Virus record (IMG/VR): IMGVR_UViG_3300027852_000059
Span: 1 to 46,454 of that record
Length of the DNA stretch: 46,454 nucleotides
Direction: 5' to 3' (one strand)
Origin: a virus
Positions 7,134-15,181 of the stretch are shown piece after piece (positions within the stretch are counted from its first letter, which is position 1; each line of letters opens with the position of its first letter). The translations under genes and the position numbers were made by a program. The notes under the pieces are model-generated. The model saw only the letters and a list, made by a program, of their open reading frames with translations. It made no database searches and was not told the DNA's origin.

Positions 7134-7310
7134 ATGTCTGAGCGTTGTAGAAAGTGTCGTATAAAAGTTAAAGAAGTTAAGTTCTGTGATGATTGTCATT
7201 ATCCAGGCATTGAAGACGATTATGCGGAATATTTGGAATTAATAAAAGATGGTGTCACTCGCGCTCAAGCTGCTGTGATGTCAGGTTGGAAAGGGGTAGA
7301 GGAAATATGA
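7134..7310 (+). CDS. Small CxxC...CxxC zinc-ribbon-like protein, 58 aa (not in the ORF track)
   Basis: My translation is MSERCRKCRIKVKEVKFCDDCHYPGIEDDYAEYLELIKDGVTRAQAAVMSGWKGVEEI. It starts 4 nt after the previous stop. Its TGA overlaps ATG 7307 (ATGA). Confidence 0.45.
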   Translation: MSERCRKCRIKVKEVKFCDDCHYPGIEDDYAEYLELIKDGVTRAQAAVMSGWKGVEEI

Positions 7311-7873
7311 ACATTAGAGAAGTCTTTTGCATTACATATCCTACGAAAGTAATAGAGTACATAGAACGTATAGTCACACCTATAGTATCGGGCGTTAGCA
7401 ACCTTTCCGATATTGATGGTGTTGGTCAAAAGCAAACATTAAAGAACCTGCTGATTGGTTTGGGCTTTTCTGACCTTGAATTGGTTGGGCATGGGTATCG
7501 AGCTAATTTAGGGGCAGTACTACCAATTGATAAAGCCTTTAATGACGGTGTTGGCTTTGAATATCAACGAACAGTTATGCAAGAAATATTAGAACGCACC
7601 TACCCAATTGAATTAATCGAATACGTGTGTAAGTTGAATGATAACCCATACAAGAAAATTCCAGTTCCATATTGCCCTAGTCGATTAAGGGACATAATTA
7701 CACAGCGCGAATACATCATCCTATTAGTTGAATTGTTACACCTTATTGGTTTTCCTGATGATGATATTGAATTTTGTAGTTATACGCCTTTAGGCCGTTT
7801 GGTGTGTTCAGTTAAGCCATTAATGCCGCCCAAAATTACTAACAACGGAGATAATAATAATGCAAGAGTATAA
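7307..7873 (+). CDS. Hypothetical protein with an internal duplication
   Basis: The track ORF starts at TTG 7286. ATG 7307 is coupled (ATGA) to the preceding small ORF. TYPTKVIEYIERI and TYPIELIEYVCKL mark the two repeat halves. Confidence 0.55.
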   Translation: MNIREVFCITYPTKVIEYIERIVTPIVSGVSNLSDIDGVGQKQTLKNLLIGLGFSDLELVGHGYRANLGAVLPIDKAFNDGVGFEYQRTVMQEILERTYPIELIEYVCKLNDNPYKKIPVPYCPSRLRDIITQREYIILLVELLHLIGFPDDDIEFCSYTPLGRLVCSVKPLMPPKITNNGDNNNARV

Positions 7874-7948
7874 ATCTAATAAAGTCACCGGCGTTTGGGT
7901 AAATGAGGTGAAAGAGCATTCGCTAGATAATAGTCAGGAATAAATAAT

Positions 7949-8176
7949 ATGGTAAATGAAAACAGTAAAACAAATACGGGTACGGGGTGTGGTAGAGCAA
8001 GAGCAGACGATGTTTTGAAATCGTTTATTGAACATAAAAAGGAAGAAATTGAGAAGTTACAAACTTTCCTTGATTCTTTTGATTGGGATGCATTAACCCC
8101 AAAGCAAGAGTTACATATGTTTCAATTGGTGTCCGATTTAATACACGCGAATAGCCAAAGAAATCAACATTATTAA
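7949..8176 (+). CDS. Hypothetical protein, 75 aa
   Basis: ORF with AGGAA upstream. No motif recognised. Confidence 0.5.
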   Translation: MVNENSKTNTGTGCGRARADDVLKSFIEHKKEEIEKLQTFLDSFDWDALTPKQELHMFQLVSDLIHANSQRNQHY

Positions 8177-8191
8177 TTAGGTGGATGAAAT

Positions 8192-8539
8192 ATGGAACTA
8201 GTAAGTAAATCAACGGTAGGTTATGGATTCAAGCAGTTAAATTACGACGATATTGGTAAATCTGTTGAATCAATAATTTTCGGTAATGGCTCTATCAGAG
8301 TGACCACTATGTTTAACGATGATATGAACCTGGCCGGTGTGTCATTTTGTGAGGCTCCACCAAATAGACCTATTGGTGAAATCTACATTAGAGATAATGT
8401 ACCTAAAGATAAGAATGAAGATCCCCTTTATTGTCAAAAGAACGCAAAACATCAAATGTTGTTCGACAATGTGGCATCTATAGACGTTGTGATTGCTCGT
8501 CTGCAAGAGGCGAAAAAGCATCTACTAGATAAAAGTTAG
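8192..8539 (+). CDS. Hypothetical protein, 115 aa
   Basis: ORF in the operon. No motif recognised. Confidence 0.5.
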   Translation: MELVSKSTVGYGFKQLNYDDIGKSVESIIFGNGSIRVTTMFNDDMNLAGVSFCEAPPNRPIGEIYIRDNVPKDKNEDPLYCQKNAKHQMLFDNVASIDVVIARLQEAKKHLLDKS

Positions 8540-8550
8540 GAGTAAATAAT

Positions 8551-8928
8551 ATGTTTACGTTAGAAAAGAATGAAAATGGGGCCGCCAGTTGGCGTCCTTT
8601 GTACATAGCCTCAATAAAAAACAATGTAATGCGCCGGGTAATGATGATCTTATTCTTGCCGTTTACGTTGGTCTTTGTGATCACACTTAACTTAGTGGGT
8701 ACCATTCTTGTTTGGTGTTTAGAAACGTTGTTTTATGTCGGCTTATTGGTATTTAAGTTAGTTGTTAACGTAATACTTGCGGTCGCTATCCCAATCAAAG
8801 GTGTATTGTTTTTTAAATGGCGTTTTTGGAATACTCCCCGGACGTCGCCAGGCGAAAAAATCAGTCTATTAGATGCTTATTTTCCGAACAGAAAACGGCT
8901 GTATTGGAAGAAAGTCGTAAAAACCTAA
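8551..8928 (+). CDS. Hypothetical membrane protein
   Basis: Long hydrophobic stretches (MMILFLPFTLVFVITLNLVGTILVW, LFYVGLLVFKLVVNVILAVAI). RBS AGGAG upstream. Confidence 0.55.
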   Translation: MFTLEKNENGAASWRPLYIASIKNNVMRRVMMILFLPFTLVFVITLNLVGTILVWCLETLFYVGLLVFKLVVNVILAVAIPIKGVLFFKWRFWNTPRTSPGEKISLLDAYFPNRKRLYWKKVVKT

Positions 8929-8962
8929 ATGTATTAATTTGTAACCATTGATATAACAATGC

Positions 8963-8990
8963 GACCTTGCTTGATAAGGTCCTTTGTTTA
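8963..8990 (+). terminator. Weak intrinsic terminator candidate
   Basis: GACCTT-N7-AAGGTC followed by CTTTGTTTAT, just downstream of 8551..8928. Confidence 0.3.
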
Positions 8991-9021
8991 TATGGGTTTT
9001 GACATGTCGCACCCCTAAAAT

Positions 9022-9042
9022 TCAACTTGCTTGCGTTAGCGT
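9022..9042 (+). repeat. Degenerate third copy of the 22-bp motif (TCAACTTGCTTGCGTTAGCGT)
   Basis: 16 of 21 positions match CTAACATGCTTGCGCTAGTGT by my alignment. It ends 43 nt upstream of ATG 9086. Confidence 0.45.
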
Positions 9043-9085
9043 TTTTACTTGTTAGTTTATAGGGCATTGAAATTGATAATGCAAA

Positions 9086-9736
9086 ATGGAGCAATCAACA
9101 ATGTTTAAATGTAAGTTAGTTGGCGTCGTCACCGCCTTTTTAGTCGAGTCTGTTGTATTTCAAGACGATGGAAGTTATTTGTTATGCCCTCAAGCAGGTA
9201 AAGGGGAGCCTACACTTATAACAAAGGAATTATTTTCGCGACATAATCAATTATTCCGTGAAGAATGTAACGCGGTGTATCTTGTTGATGCAAGCGGTGG
9301 TGAACACATTATTAGTGCGCATTTATTCCGTTCTCTATTTGAATTAACACCTATGAGTGCCGGCGCACAATTAGACCGTGAAATCGAAATAAAATGTAAT
9401 GAACTTGAATTAACGGCCCCTAAAGTAGATGCGGCAGAGATAGACAAATTAGTCGACTCATTGGTTATTGATTACTACGTAGTACCAAACACCACAACAA
9501 CTATGGCCGTCGCGATTAATGAAAACGGGTTTACGATTGCAACCGGCATGGCGGCGTGTGTGAGTCCGGAAAACTTTAACCGTGAAGTGGGGCAAGATAT
9601 AGCAAAACGAGCCGCTATTGATAAAGCTCGCGATGAACTATGGCGTTTAGAGGGTTACGCCCTTAGTAAGTTAATAACAATCCAAGATGGTATAAAAATA
9701 TTAGGTGTCGACTTATATGACGACTCAAATAGCTAA
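9086..9736 (+). CDS. Protein with a C-terminal N4 gp49 / Sf6 gp66-like domain
   Basis: The C-terminal TTMAVAINENGFTIATGMAACVSPENFNREVGQDIAKRAAIDKARDELWRLEGYAL fits the gp49/gp66 family pattern as I recall it. Confidence 0.6.
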   Translation: MEQSTMFKCKLVGVVTAFLVESVVFQDDGSYLLCPQAGKGEPTLITKELFSRHNQLFREECNAVYLVDASGGEHIISAHLFRSLFELTPMSAGAQLDREIEIKCNELELTAPKVDAAEIDKLVDSLVIDYYVVPNTTTTMAVAINENGFTIATGMAACVSPENFNREVGQDIAKRAAIDKARDELWRLEGYALSKLITIQDGIKILGVDLYDDSNS

Positions 9737-9968
9737 AACCAAAACGGTTATTATCCTGGCAAGTTGTCACCACAAGGCTAAGTACGTTGCTGATAAGTTA
9801 CTACTTAGCCCTTGTGAGTGGCGGTATGCAGCAAGCATAGAGAGTCTTCGCGGTTTAAATAGTGATAATGCGTGTTGGTTTTGGCATGGTTCAGCCGACA
9901 TAAACCCGGACGCTGAGAGTATTTTAGAAGACGTGGAGTGTAGAGGGTTAGCAGAATATGAACGATAA
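9717..9968 (+). CDS. Hypothetical protein
   Basis: The track ORF starts at GTG 9705. ATG 9717 has AGGTG about 10 nt upstream. Confidence 0.45.
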   Translation: MTTQIAKTKTVIILASCHHKAKYVADKLLLSPCEWRYAASIESLRGLNSDNACWFWHGSADINPDAESILEDVECRGLAEYER

Positions 9969-10518
9969 TATATTAAACCCATTTAGTTATACCGGGCCAA
10001 TTACGCTAACTTCAGAGTTAGATAAAATAACGGGCATGATGGAGCCAGGGACACAAAAACAGTTTAATGCACTTATGAGGCAAGAGTCCGTTGAACATAT
10101 ATCGTGTGAGTGCGTCAGCCCGGACCGAGTAGGAATGAAAGGCGATGTAAACTTACTGATTAAGTCCGGTGAAATCATAGCAACATTGCATTTTCCTCGC
10201 TTGTTCGACTCCCCGAGTTATTACATTAATCCCAGTTATGGACACTACTCAGAATTGTTAACCGGGTTTTATATGCCAATGATGTTATTGCTGCAGGTTC
10301 GAATGGAGAATAACTTAAGGATGCCCCGTTATCGTCATAAAAATAAGGTCCCGTTCGGTAAAGCAGTGTTATTAACCGACTGTCTAAATCTACCATTGAC
10401 CAAGTTATTTTATGCGGTGAGATATGAGATTTACGCACGATTGGGTGATCGGAAATCAATAACGAATTTGTTATCAAGAGCCGCTTATCAATATCAATTA
10501 TCCCCTGCAGATAAATAA
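9958..10518 (+). CDS. Hypothetical protein, 186 aa
   Basis: Last ORF of the first plus-strand early block. No motif recognised. Confidence 0.55.
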   Translation: MNDNILNPFSYTGPITLTSELDKITGMMEPGTQKQFNALMRQESVEHISCECVSPDRVGMKGDVNLLIKSGEIIATLHFPRLFDSPSYYINPSYGHYSELLTGFYMPMMLLLQVRMENNLRMPRYRHKNKVPFGKAVLLTDCLNLPLTKLFYAVRYEIYARLGDRKSITNLLSRAAYQYQLSPADK

Positions 10519-10523
10519 CAGAC

Positions 10524-10551
10524 AAAAAAATAGCCTGGATTGCCAGGCTAT
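10524..10551 (-). terminator. Intrinsic terminator for the minus-strand regulator gene, between convergent genes
   Basis: ATAGCCTGG-ATTG-CCAGGCTAT, a 9-bp stem. On the minus strand it is followed by a TTTTTTT run. Confidence 0.6.
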
Positions 10552-10576
10552 AAAATCAACATTATTTTATTTTAGT

Positions 10577-10846
10577 TTATGAATGCGTAAAAAAGTCATC
10601 CAATGGACACTCGAAAATGTCCCGCGCTAGGAATAGCATGTAAGTCACCGAGAAGAAACAACTGTCTTCGGGGTCAACTAATTTTAAAAAGTAACGATAC
10701 GTATATTGCATTTCTTCGGGCAATTTCGGATTAACCGTATCGTAAAAGTGTTTAATTTTAGAGTAGCCTTTTGAGGCCATCTTTCGTTTAAGGTTATAGC
10801 AAAAATCCCGTTCTGCAGCCCCTATATCAACGATATACTTTTCCAT
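10577..10846 (-). CDS. XRE-like HTH regulator (candidate CI-type maintenance repressor)
   Basis: The only minus-strand gene between 3.6 and 46 kb. The pattern F..NLKRKM.SKGYS....(about 45 aa)..LARDIFECPLDDFF resembles XRE HTH domains. Confidence 0.45.
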   Translation of the reverse strand: MEKYIVDIGAAERDFCYNLKRKMASKGYSKIKHFYDTVNPKLPEEMQYTYRYFLKLVDPEDSCFFSVTYMLFLARDIFECPLDDFFTHS

Positions 10847-10883
10847 AAGTCCCTCGATATTTTCTATATATATTAATGAACTA

Positions 10884-10900
10884 GCACGTCAAAGACGTGC
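10884..10900. promoter_or_regulatory. 17-bp palindrome GCACGTC-AAA-GACGTGC, candidate operator overlapping a -35 element
   Basis: Perfect 7-bp arms. On the minus strand, TTGACG-N16-TATATA, then GAGGGA, then ATG 10846. Confidence 0.45.
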
Positions 10901-11075
10901 CTGTTGATATTAGTTTTTGTAGAGCAGAAATGCAATAAAATAACCTCCTATAGAGATAAAAAGGGGAGATAAAAAAAGGGTATAAATTCTTTTACAGATT
11001 GATTGATTAAATAACGAGTGGTAATGTGTCAAAATACTTCGTTTTCGTATCAATTAGGGCGTTTTTGGGGGCGGC

Positions 11076-11522
11076 ATGATAAGAATAATTATTATTGGCG
11101 GGACTGAGCAAGAAAGACAAGCCAGTGTCGATTTATTAAAAAGACATTTTACAGATTGCCCGGTTAATGTAACGGTTTGGACGTCAAGACCAACAGTAAC
11201 AGCGCGTAAGCTATATTTAAAATCATTGGAGTATACATCGCCGGCATATGAGATAGACGTGCTTGTCGGTTGTGAGTGTCCTTTGATCATTACACAAGCC
11301 GAAAAAACAAAACCTATTATTATCCATTTACGCCGTCGTTATTCTTCACATATCGCAATGAACTTAAAGAAACACCAATTCTTAGATATGGACCTAAAGG
11401 AAAATGTAAACAATTGGCAATGTTTTGAATCCCTGGCAGACAACATAGAAAAACGAATGTTGGCTCAATCTCTACGTACTATGCGACACGACATAGATAC
11501 AGAGATTGTAGCGCATGGATAA
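11076..11522 (+). CDS. Hypothetical protein, 148 aa
   Basis: First gene of the second plus-strand block, divergent from the XRE-like gene. N-terminal MIRIIIIGG beta-strand-like start. Confidence 0.55.
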   Translation: MIRIIIIGGTEQERQASVDLLKRHFTDCPVNVTVWTSRPTVTARKLYLKSLEYTSPAYEIDVLVGCECPLIITQAEKTKPIIIHLRRRYSSHIAMNLKKHQFLDMDLKENVNNWQCFESLADNIEKRMLAQSLRTMRHDIDTEIVAHG

Positions 11523-11868
11523 CTCCGACTATTCAAGTCTATTTAATGGTTGGGCCGAATGGTCCGAACGCGATGGCGCGTACTTTCCTAGTGCGTCAAA
11601 TTTCCAATATGTCATCAAAATGGCCGGCGGCAATAGTGACGCATCGACCATATTTAGAGATATGGACTCAGGCATAACCGACTTATGCAGCCAAGACAAA
11701 TCATTATATGACGTATTAGTCGCTCACTATCTAAAGCATATCAATTCATCGGTTAAATCCCGGTGCAGAATTTTAACCTGCAGTACCAAAACGTATTACG
11801 CCAGGCTAAAGAAAGCCGAGCGTTTTGTGTTAATTCACATTGGCATTTTTAAAGGACCATTAAAGTGA
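11515..11868 (+). CDS. Possible Q-type late-gene antiterminator-like protein
   Basis: The C-terminal DVLVAHYLKHINSSVKSRCRILTCSTKTYYARLKKAERFV resembles the L..HY...S.R.....CS......L..AE.F pattern of Q-family proteins. This rests on recollection only. Confidence 0.3.
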   Translation: MDNSDYSSLFNGWAEWSERDGAYFPSASNFQYVIKMAGGNSDASTIFRDMDSGITDLCSQDKSLYDVLVAHYLKHINSSVKSRCRILTCSTKTYYARLKKAERFVLIHIGIFKGPLK

Positions 11869-12764
11869 CACAACAAACTGAACAAACTAACCAAGATATT
11901 GACATAAACCAGGTACGCGATTATTTAAAAGGTCGCCCCGACATTGCCTTAACCTTAGCCGTTGAAACGTACAATGGGGATGCGCAAGAAACCGAAGATC
12001 ATATTCAGCAATTAGAGCATGAATTAAGCGAGGCTCGAATACGCGCAATCGGGGCCACCAATAGACATGACACGCTCAAAGATAAGTTCGACGAGATAGA
12101 GCGTAAGTTAGTTACTGCAGAGGAACAAGTACTCGAAACGTTAGACGTTCACCAGGCTAATTTACACCTAACTAATAAAGTGAATAGATTAGAGGCTGAC
12201 TTAGGCCGAATAAATCATAACCTATCGGAATCTACCCGCGAGATAAAACGTCTTAACGCCCTGCAGCCAGATAAGTTAACGGCCCTGGTTAAACGGTACA
12301 AGTCAGAAACCGCCACCGCTAAAAAGAACGTGGAAACGCATCGTAAGAGTGCCGTGAAAGCCGCACAAGATATGTTTGCCATGAGCAAAGAAAATAAGCG
12401 CTGTATGACGTTGTTAAAAGACAAAGATTTAGAGTTGCGTAAATACATGGCGAGTCGACTTTATAAGAACGGGGATGATCACTTGTTGATATGGCCCGCT
12501 GAAATGAATTTAAAAGAAAATGGAAAACAGACAAACCCGACCATGTTGGTTTACATACATGCAAATTTAAGTACGTCCCTGGTTGTATTGAATAAAAAAC
12601 GGGATGGCGTCGACATTCATCCGACGATTAAGACGTTAGTTGATGACGATACGATGGATTTTGCCTTTTCCTGGTTGAACAAAATACAAAAACAAAATGG
12701 GGTAATTCTTGATGAAGATTATAACGTTTTCGAGGACGGCGAATTGGTTGAAACAATCAGCTAG
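11865..12764 (+). CDS. Hypothetical coiled-coil protein, 299 aa
   Basis: GTG start overlapping the previous stop. Long heptad-like charged N-terminal two thirds. Confidence 0.55.
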   Translation: MTQQTEQTNQDIDINQVRDYLKGRPDIALTLAVETYNGDAQETEDHIQQLEHELSEARIRAIGATNRHDTLKDKFDEIERKLVTAEEQVLETLDVHQANLHLTNKVNRLEADLGRINHNLSESTREIKRLNALQPDKLTALVKRYKSETATAKKNVETHRKSAVKAAQDMFAMSKENKRCMTLLKDKDLELRKYMASRLYKNGDDHLLIWPAEMNLKENGKQTNPTMLVYIHANLSTSLVVLNKKRDGVDIHPTIKTLVDDDTMDFAFSWLNKIQKQNGVILDEDYNVFEDGELVETIS

Positions 12765-12852
12765 TCATGTAGTACCAAAGTGGAACCGACAGAAGTGGAT
12801 AAATGTTGTCGGTACCTTAATTATGTTTATCGCTATTGGGGTAGTGTTTTAA

Positions 12853-13221
12853 ATGGAAACGATACAACAACAAACTAACCAAACAGACAGTAAAGCCAAT
12901 CTTAGACAAGCCAGGCTTAGAGAACGACTTACCGCGCAAGGTGGTAAGCGGGTAGAAGTAAAATTGTCGGCAAATACACTGCAGCGATTGGACCAGGCTA
13001 TCGACGCCCGAAGTGGTCCCGGTGGTAAATACGAAGTGTCCGAATATCTAACTTTATTGATCATAGAAGACGCTCGACGTGTTGAGGCTATCCTTAGTTC
13101 AATATCACCCTGTACTAAGTGCAAAAGTACCTATCCGCAATCCTGCCAGGGTTTACACCTTGGTGACTCTCAATGTTTCCTTACTTGTCAGCGTAGAGAA
13201 ACATTTAAGCTAGATGTGTGA
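12853..13221 (+). CDS. Hypothetical protein, possible ribbon-helix-helix N-terminus and Cys-rich C-terminus
   Basis: GGKRVEVKLSANTLQRLDQAI reads as a strand followed by a helix. The C-terminal part carries C..C....C......C...C. Confidence 0.45.
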   Translation: METIQQQTNQTDSKANLRQARLRERLTAQGGKRVEVKLSANTLQRLDQAIDARSGPGGKYEVSEYLTLLIIEDARRVEAILSSISPCTKCKSTYPQSCQGLHLGDSQCFLTCQRRETFKLDV

Positions 13222-13228
13222 GGCTGTT

Positions 13229-13561
13229 ATGCAAATTATCATCGGTGAAAAATACAATAACTTTACAGTCATTGAAGAACTGAACTCAAAAGGGGCCAAT
13301 ACCGCCCCGTATTATTTATGTCAGTGTATTTGTGGCGTTAAAAAGGAAGTACGCAAGGATAACTTAGGCAAAGTAAAAGGGTGTGGTTGTACTCGATTAG
13401 AGACACGTCGACGCCTGGATAAAATGACCTTTGCCAGTGTTGAGAATAAGAAACGTAAAACCCCGGATAAACCCAAACCTAAATATATACCGTCCGTTCT
13501 TATCAATATAGAAACCCGGTTAGAGCTATTGGCCATCGAGCGAGAATACAATTATGAATAA
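13229..13561 (+). CDS. Cys-rich zinc-finger-like protein, paralog of 5376..5777
   Basis: An alternative ATG lies at 13214 (track). ATG 13229 has GAGG 5 nt upstream and aligns with the paralog at IGEKYNNFTVI / IGKRYKDLTVL. Confidence 0.6.
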   Translation: MQIIIGEKYNNFTVIEELNSKGANTAPYYLCQCICGVKKEVRKDNLGKVKGCGCTRLETRRRLDKMTFASVENKKRKTPDKPKPKYIPSVLINIETRLELLAIEREYNYE

Positions 13562-13754
13562 ATTTATAATCGCGTTGTTTGCTTTAATTGTTTACGTCGG
13601 AATTTTACAGTTCGTAAATGTAAATACGACGGATGCAGTGATCAAAGTGTTTACGTTATTTGGGGCCTTTGTGGCCGGTTGGGCCGCTTGTTACGTCATA
13701 GGTTGTTTGCTTGGCGATATAACGCCGGGTAACAGTGAGCAGGAAGATGACTGA
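13554..13754 (+). CDS. Small two-TM membrane protein with an acidic C-terminus
   Basis: 66 aa. Two hydrophobic helices, ending in ..GNSEQEDD. Confidence 0.5.
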   Translation: MNKFIIALFALIVYVGILQFVNVNTTDAVIKVFTLFGAFVAGWAACYVIGCLLGDITPGNSEQEDD

Positions 13755-14058
13755 ATTATTAGACGAAACCAACGCTCAGTTGCACCGGGACTTAATTAAA
13801 TTGGGCGACATGATTGGCGATGGTTTACACCGTGAACCCGGCGGCCAATGGATAAATAAGGAATATAGAAAGGTCCTTAAAGCATTAGGAATGTTACCCC
13901 CACGTCAGAATAATACCGCAAGAATCGACGAACACATGATTAAACGTATATCAGATGTATCGTGTGGGAATTGTAATGGCCAATTAAAGCAAACGCGCTC
14001 AGGCTCCAAACGGGCGTATTGCCTTGGCTGTAATACTAAATGGCAATTATTAAAATAA
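13735..14058 (+). CDS. Hypothetical protein with a C-terminal CxxC...CxxC zinc ribbon
   Basis: GTG 13735 (track) or ATG 13747. Contains SCGNCNG...YCLGCN. Confidence 0.5.
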   Translation: MSRKMTELLDETNAQLHRDLIKLGDMIGDGLHREPGGQWINKEYRKVLKALGMLPPRQNNTARIDEHMIKRISDVSCGNCNGQLKQTRSGSKRAYCLGCNTKWQLLK

Positions 14059-14077
14059 ATAGATAAGAGGAATATTT

Positions 14078-14440
14078 ATGTCTAACAACGAAAGTCATAC
14101 CCTTACACCAAATGCCGAATATCCGTATTTTTACCATGATCCAGAGGGTGAGGGTTTTGTTTATTACAAGACCGAAGAAGAACGCGATATAGGCGCAAAT
14201 GATGCCATTCAACAATACCTAGAAGATGGTTGGTCCGAAGATGTAACGAACGTTGTTACCGGCACATTAACGGGACAGGCGGCAATGGTTGACAAGGTAA
14301 GTAAACCAGATGATTTAGACGATGAGGGTTGTGATGGTGAGGGGGGATATTGGGACCAGGATTTTGATTATGTTTGTAATTATGTAGTAAAACCCGTTGG
14401 TTTCGTTTGTCCATCTACCCTATCTGCAGAGACAGAATAG
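14078..14440 (+). CDS. Highly acidic hypothetical protein, 120 aa
   Basis: By my count 27 D/E against 5 K/R. RBS AAGAGGAA upstream. Confidence 0.55.
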   Translation: MSNNESHTLTPNAEYPYFYHDPEGEGFVYYKTEEERDIGANDAIQQYLEDGWSEDVTNVVTGTLTGQAAMVDKVSKPDDLDDEGCDGEGGYWDQDFDYVCNYVVKPVGFVCPSTLSAETE

Positions 14441-14504
14441 GGGTAATAATGTGACCGGACACAACAATAAATAACAATAAATTAATATCAAATGAGGTAA
14501 TGAC

Positions 14505-14711
14505 ATGGCAATACAAACTAACCAACAGCCCGTTAAAAATATAATGGATTGGCTTATATCTAGGCCACTTTCAAAAAATACGGCAGAGAACACCAAAGAC
14601 ATGATTAAAAAAACGTCCGAGTTTTCTAATAACAACAAACGCACACCAGGCATAGGGCCAGAGCGAAAGAATGACCGAGATACACGTAGCCCACGATTAA
14701 AGTATGTCTGA
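14505..14711 (+). CDS. Hypothetical basic protein, 68 aa
   Basis: ORF with GAGG upstream. Last ORF before the late-region control sequence. Confidence 0.4.
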   Translation: MAIQTNQQPVKNIMDWLISRPLSKNTAENTKDMIKKTSEFSNNNKRTPGIGPERKNDRDTRSPRLKYV

Positions 14712-14758
14712 TCCCAAAATCAACAAGGTTGTTTCAAGGAAAATAGTCGTTAATCTCT

Positions 14759-14787
14759 TTACCACGCTAGTAATAGTTCCCTATAAC
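14759..14787 (+). promoter_or_regulatory. Candidate sigma70-type late promoter, TTACCA-N17-TATAAC
   Basis: Seen in sequence about 40 nt upstream of a strong terminator and about 95 nt upstream of the holin ATG. The spacer contains CGCTAGT, which is also the core of the 22-bp motif. Confidence 0.3.
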
Positions 14788-14824
14788 AATTACTAAGCTG
14801 ACTACCTCAGTTGTTGTGCATAAA

Positions 14825-14857
14825 CCCGGTGAACCCCAATTCACCGGGTTTTTTTTT
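14825..14857 (+). terminator. Strong intrinsic terminator immediately upstream of the lysis and structural genes
   Basis: CCCGGTGAA-N6-TTCACCGGG (9-bp stem) followed by 9 T. Confidence 0.75.
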
Positions 14858-14879
14858 GAAACTTTACGGAATATTAATC

Positions 14880-15173
14880 ATGTTTAACCCCGACCAAAGC
14901 CAGTTGCTAGAACTTATATGGATGACAGTTATATCGGCTTTTGGTGGATTAGTGAGTTACCTAAACAAAATACGCAATGGCCATACGTTTTCGTGGTTAG
15001 CCGGCTTAATCGACATGCTGACTAGCATATTCGCCGGTATGTTGATGTTCTTTATCTGTAAAGCGTTTGAAACAAATGAGTGGACAATGGCCGTTTCTAT
15101 ATCCGTCGCCGGTCATGCCGGGCCTCAATTCATCGAAATTGTAAAACGTCGTTACTTAAACGTACAACCATAG
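14880..15173 (+). CDS. Holin-like membrane protein (LydA-like)
   Basis: 97 aa from ATG 14880. The track start at 14811 would run through the terminator. Three hydrophobic segments and a basic C-terminus KRRYLNVQP. It precedes the muralytic gene. Confidence 0.6.
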   Translation: MFNPDQSQLLELIWMTVISAFGGLVSYLNKIRNGHTFSWLAGLIDMLTSIFAGMLMFFICKAFETNEWTMAVSISVAGHAGPQFIEIVKRRYLNVQP

Positions 15174-15181
15174 GTATCACC

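Noticed and set aside
8999-9027. Perfect -35 TTGACA at 8999-9004 as a sigma70 promoter for gene 9086
   Set aside because: No acceptable -10 sits at 16-18 nt spacing (TCAACT at best), and TAAAAT is only 11 nt away. Left as unsupported.
12801-12809. A second DnaA-box-like sequence (AGTGGATAA, reverse of TTATCCACT) in the 12765..12852 gap
   Set aside because: It is a single 8/9 match with no AT-rich tract or repeats nearby, and it lies within a possible small ORF. It is compatible with chance.
14811-14879. N-terminal extension of the holin-like ORF (track start 14811), and the 15080 start of the muralytic ORF
   Set aside because: The 14811 extension would be translated through the strong terminator hairpin. 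The 15080 start lies inside the holin-like gene in another frame. Internal ATGs 14880 and 15182 give compact, non-overlapping genes.
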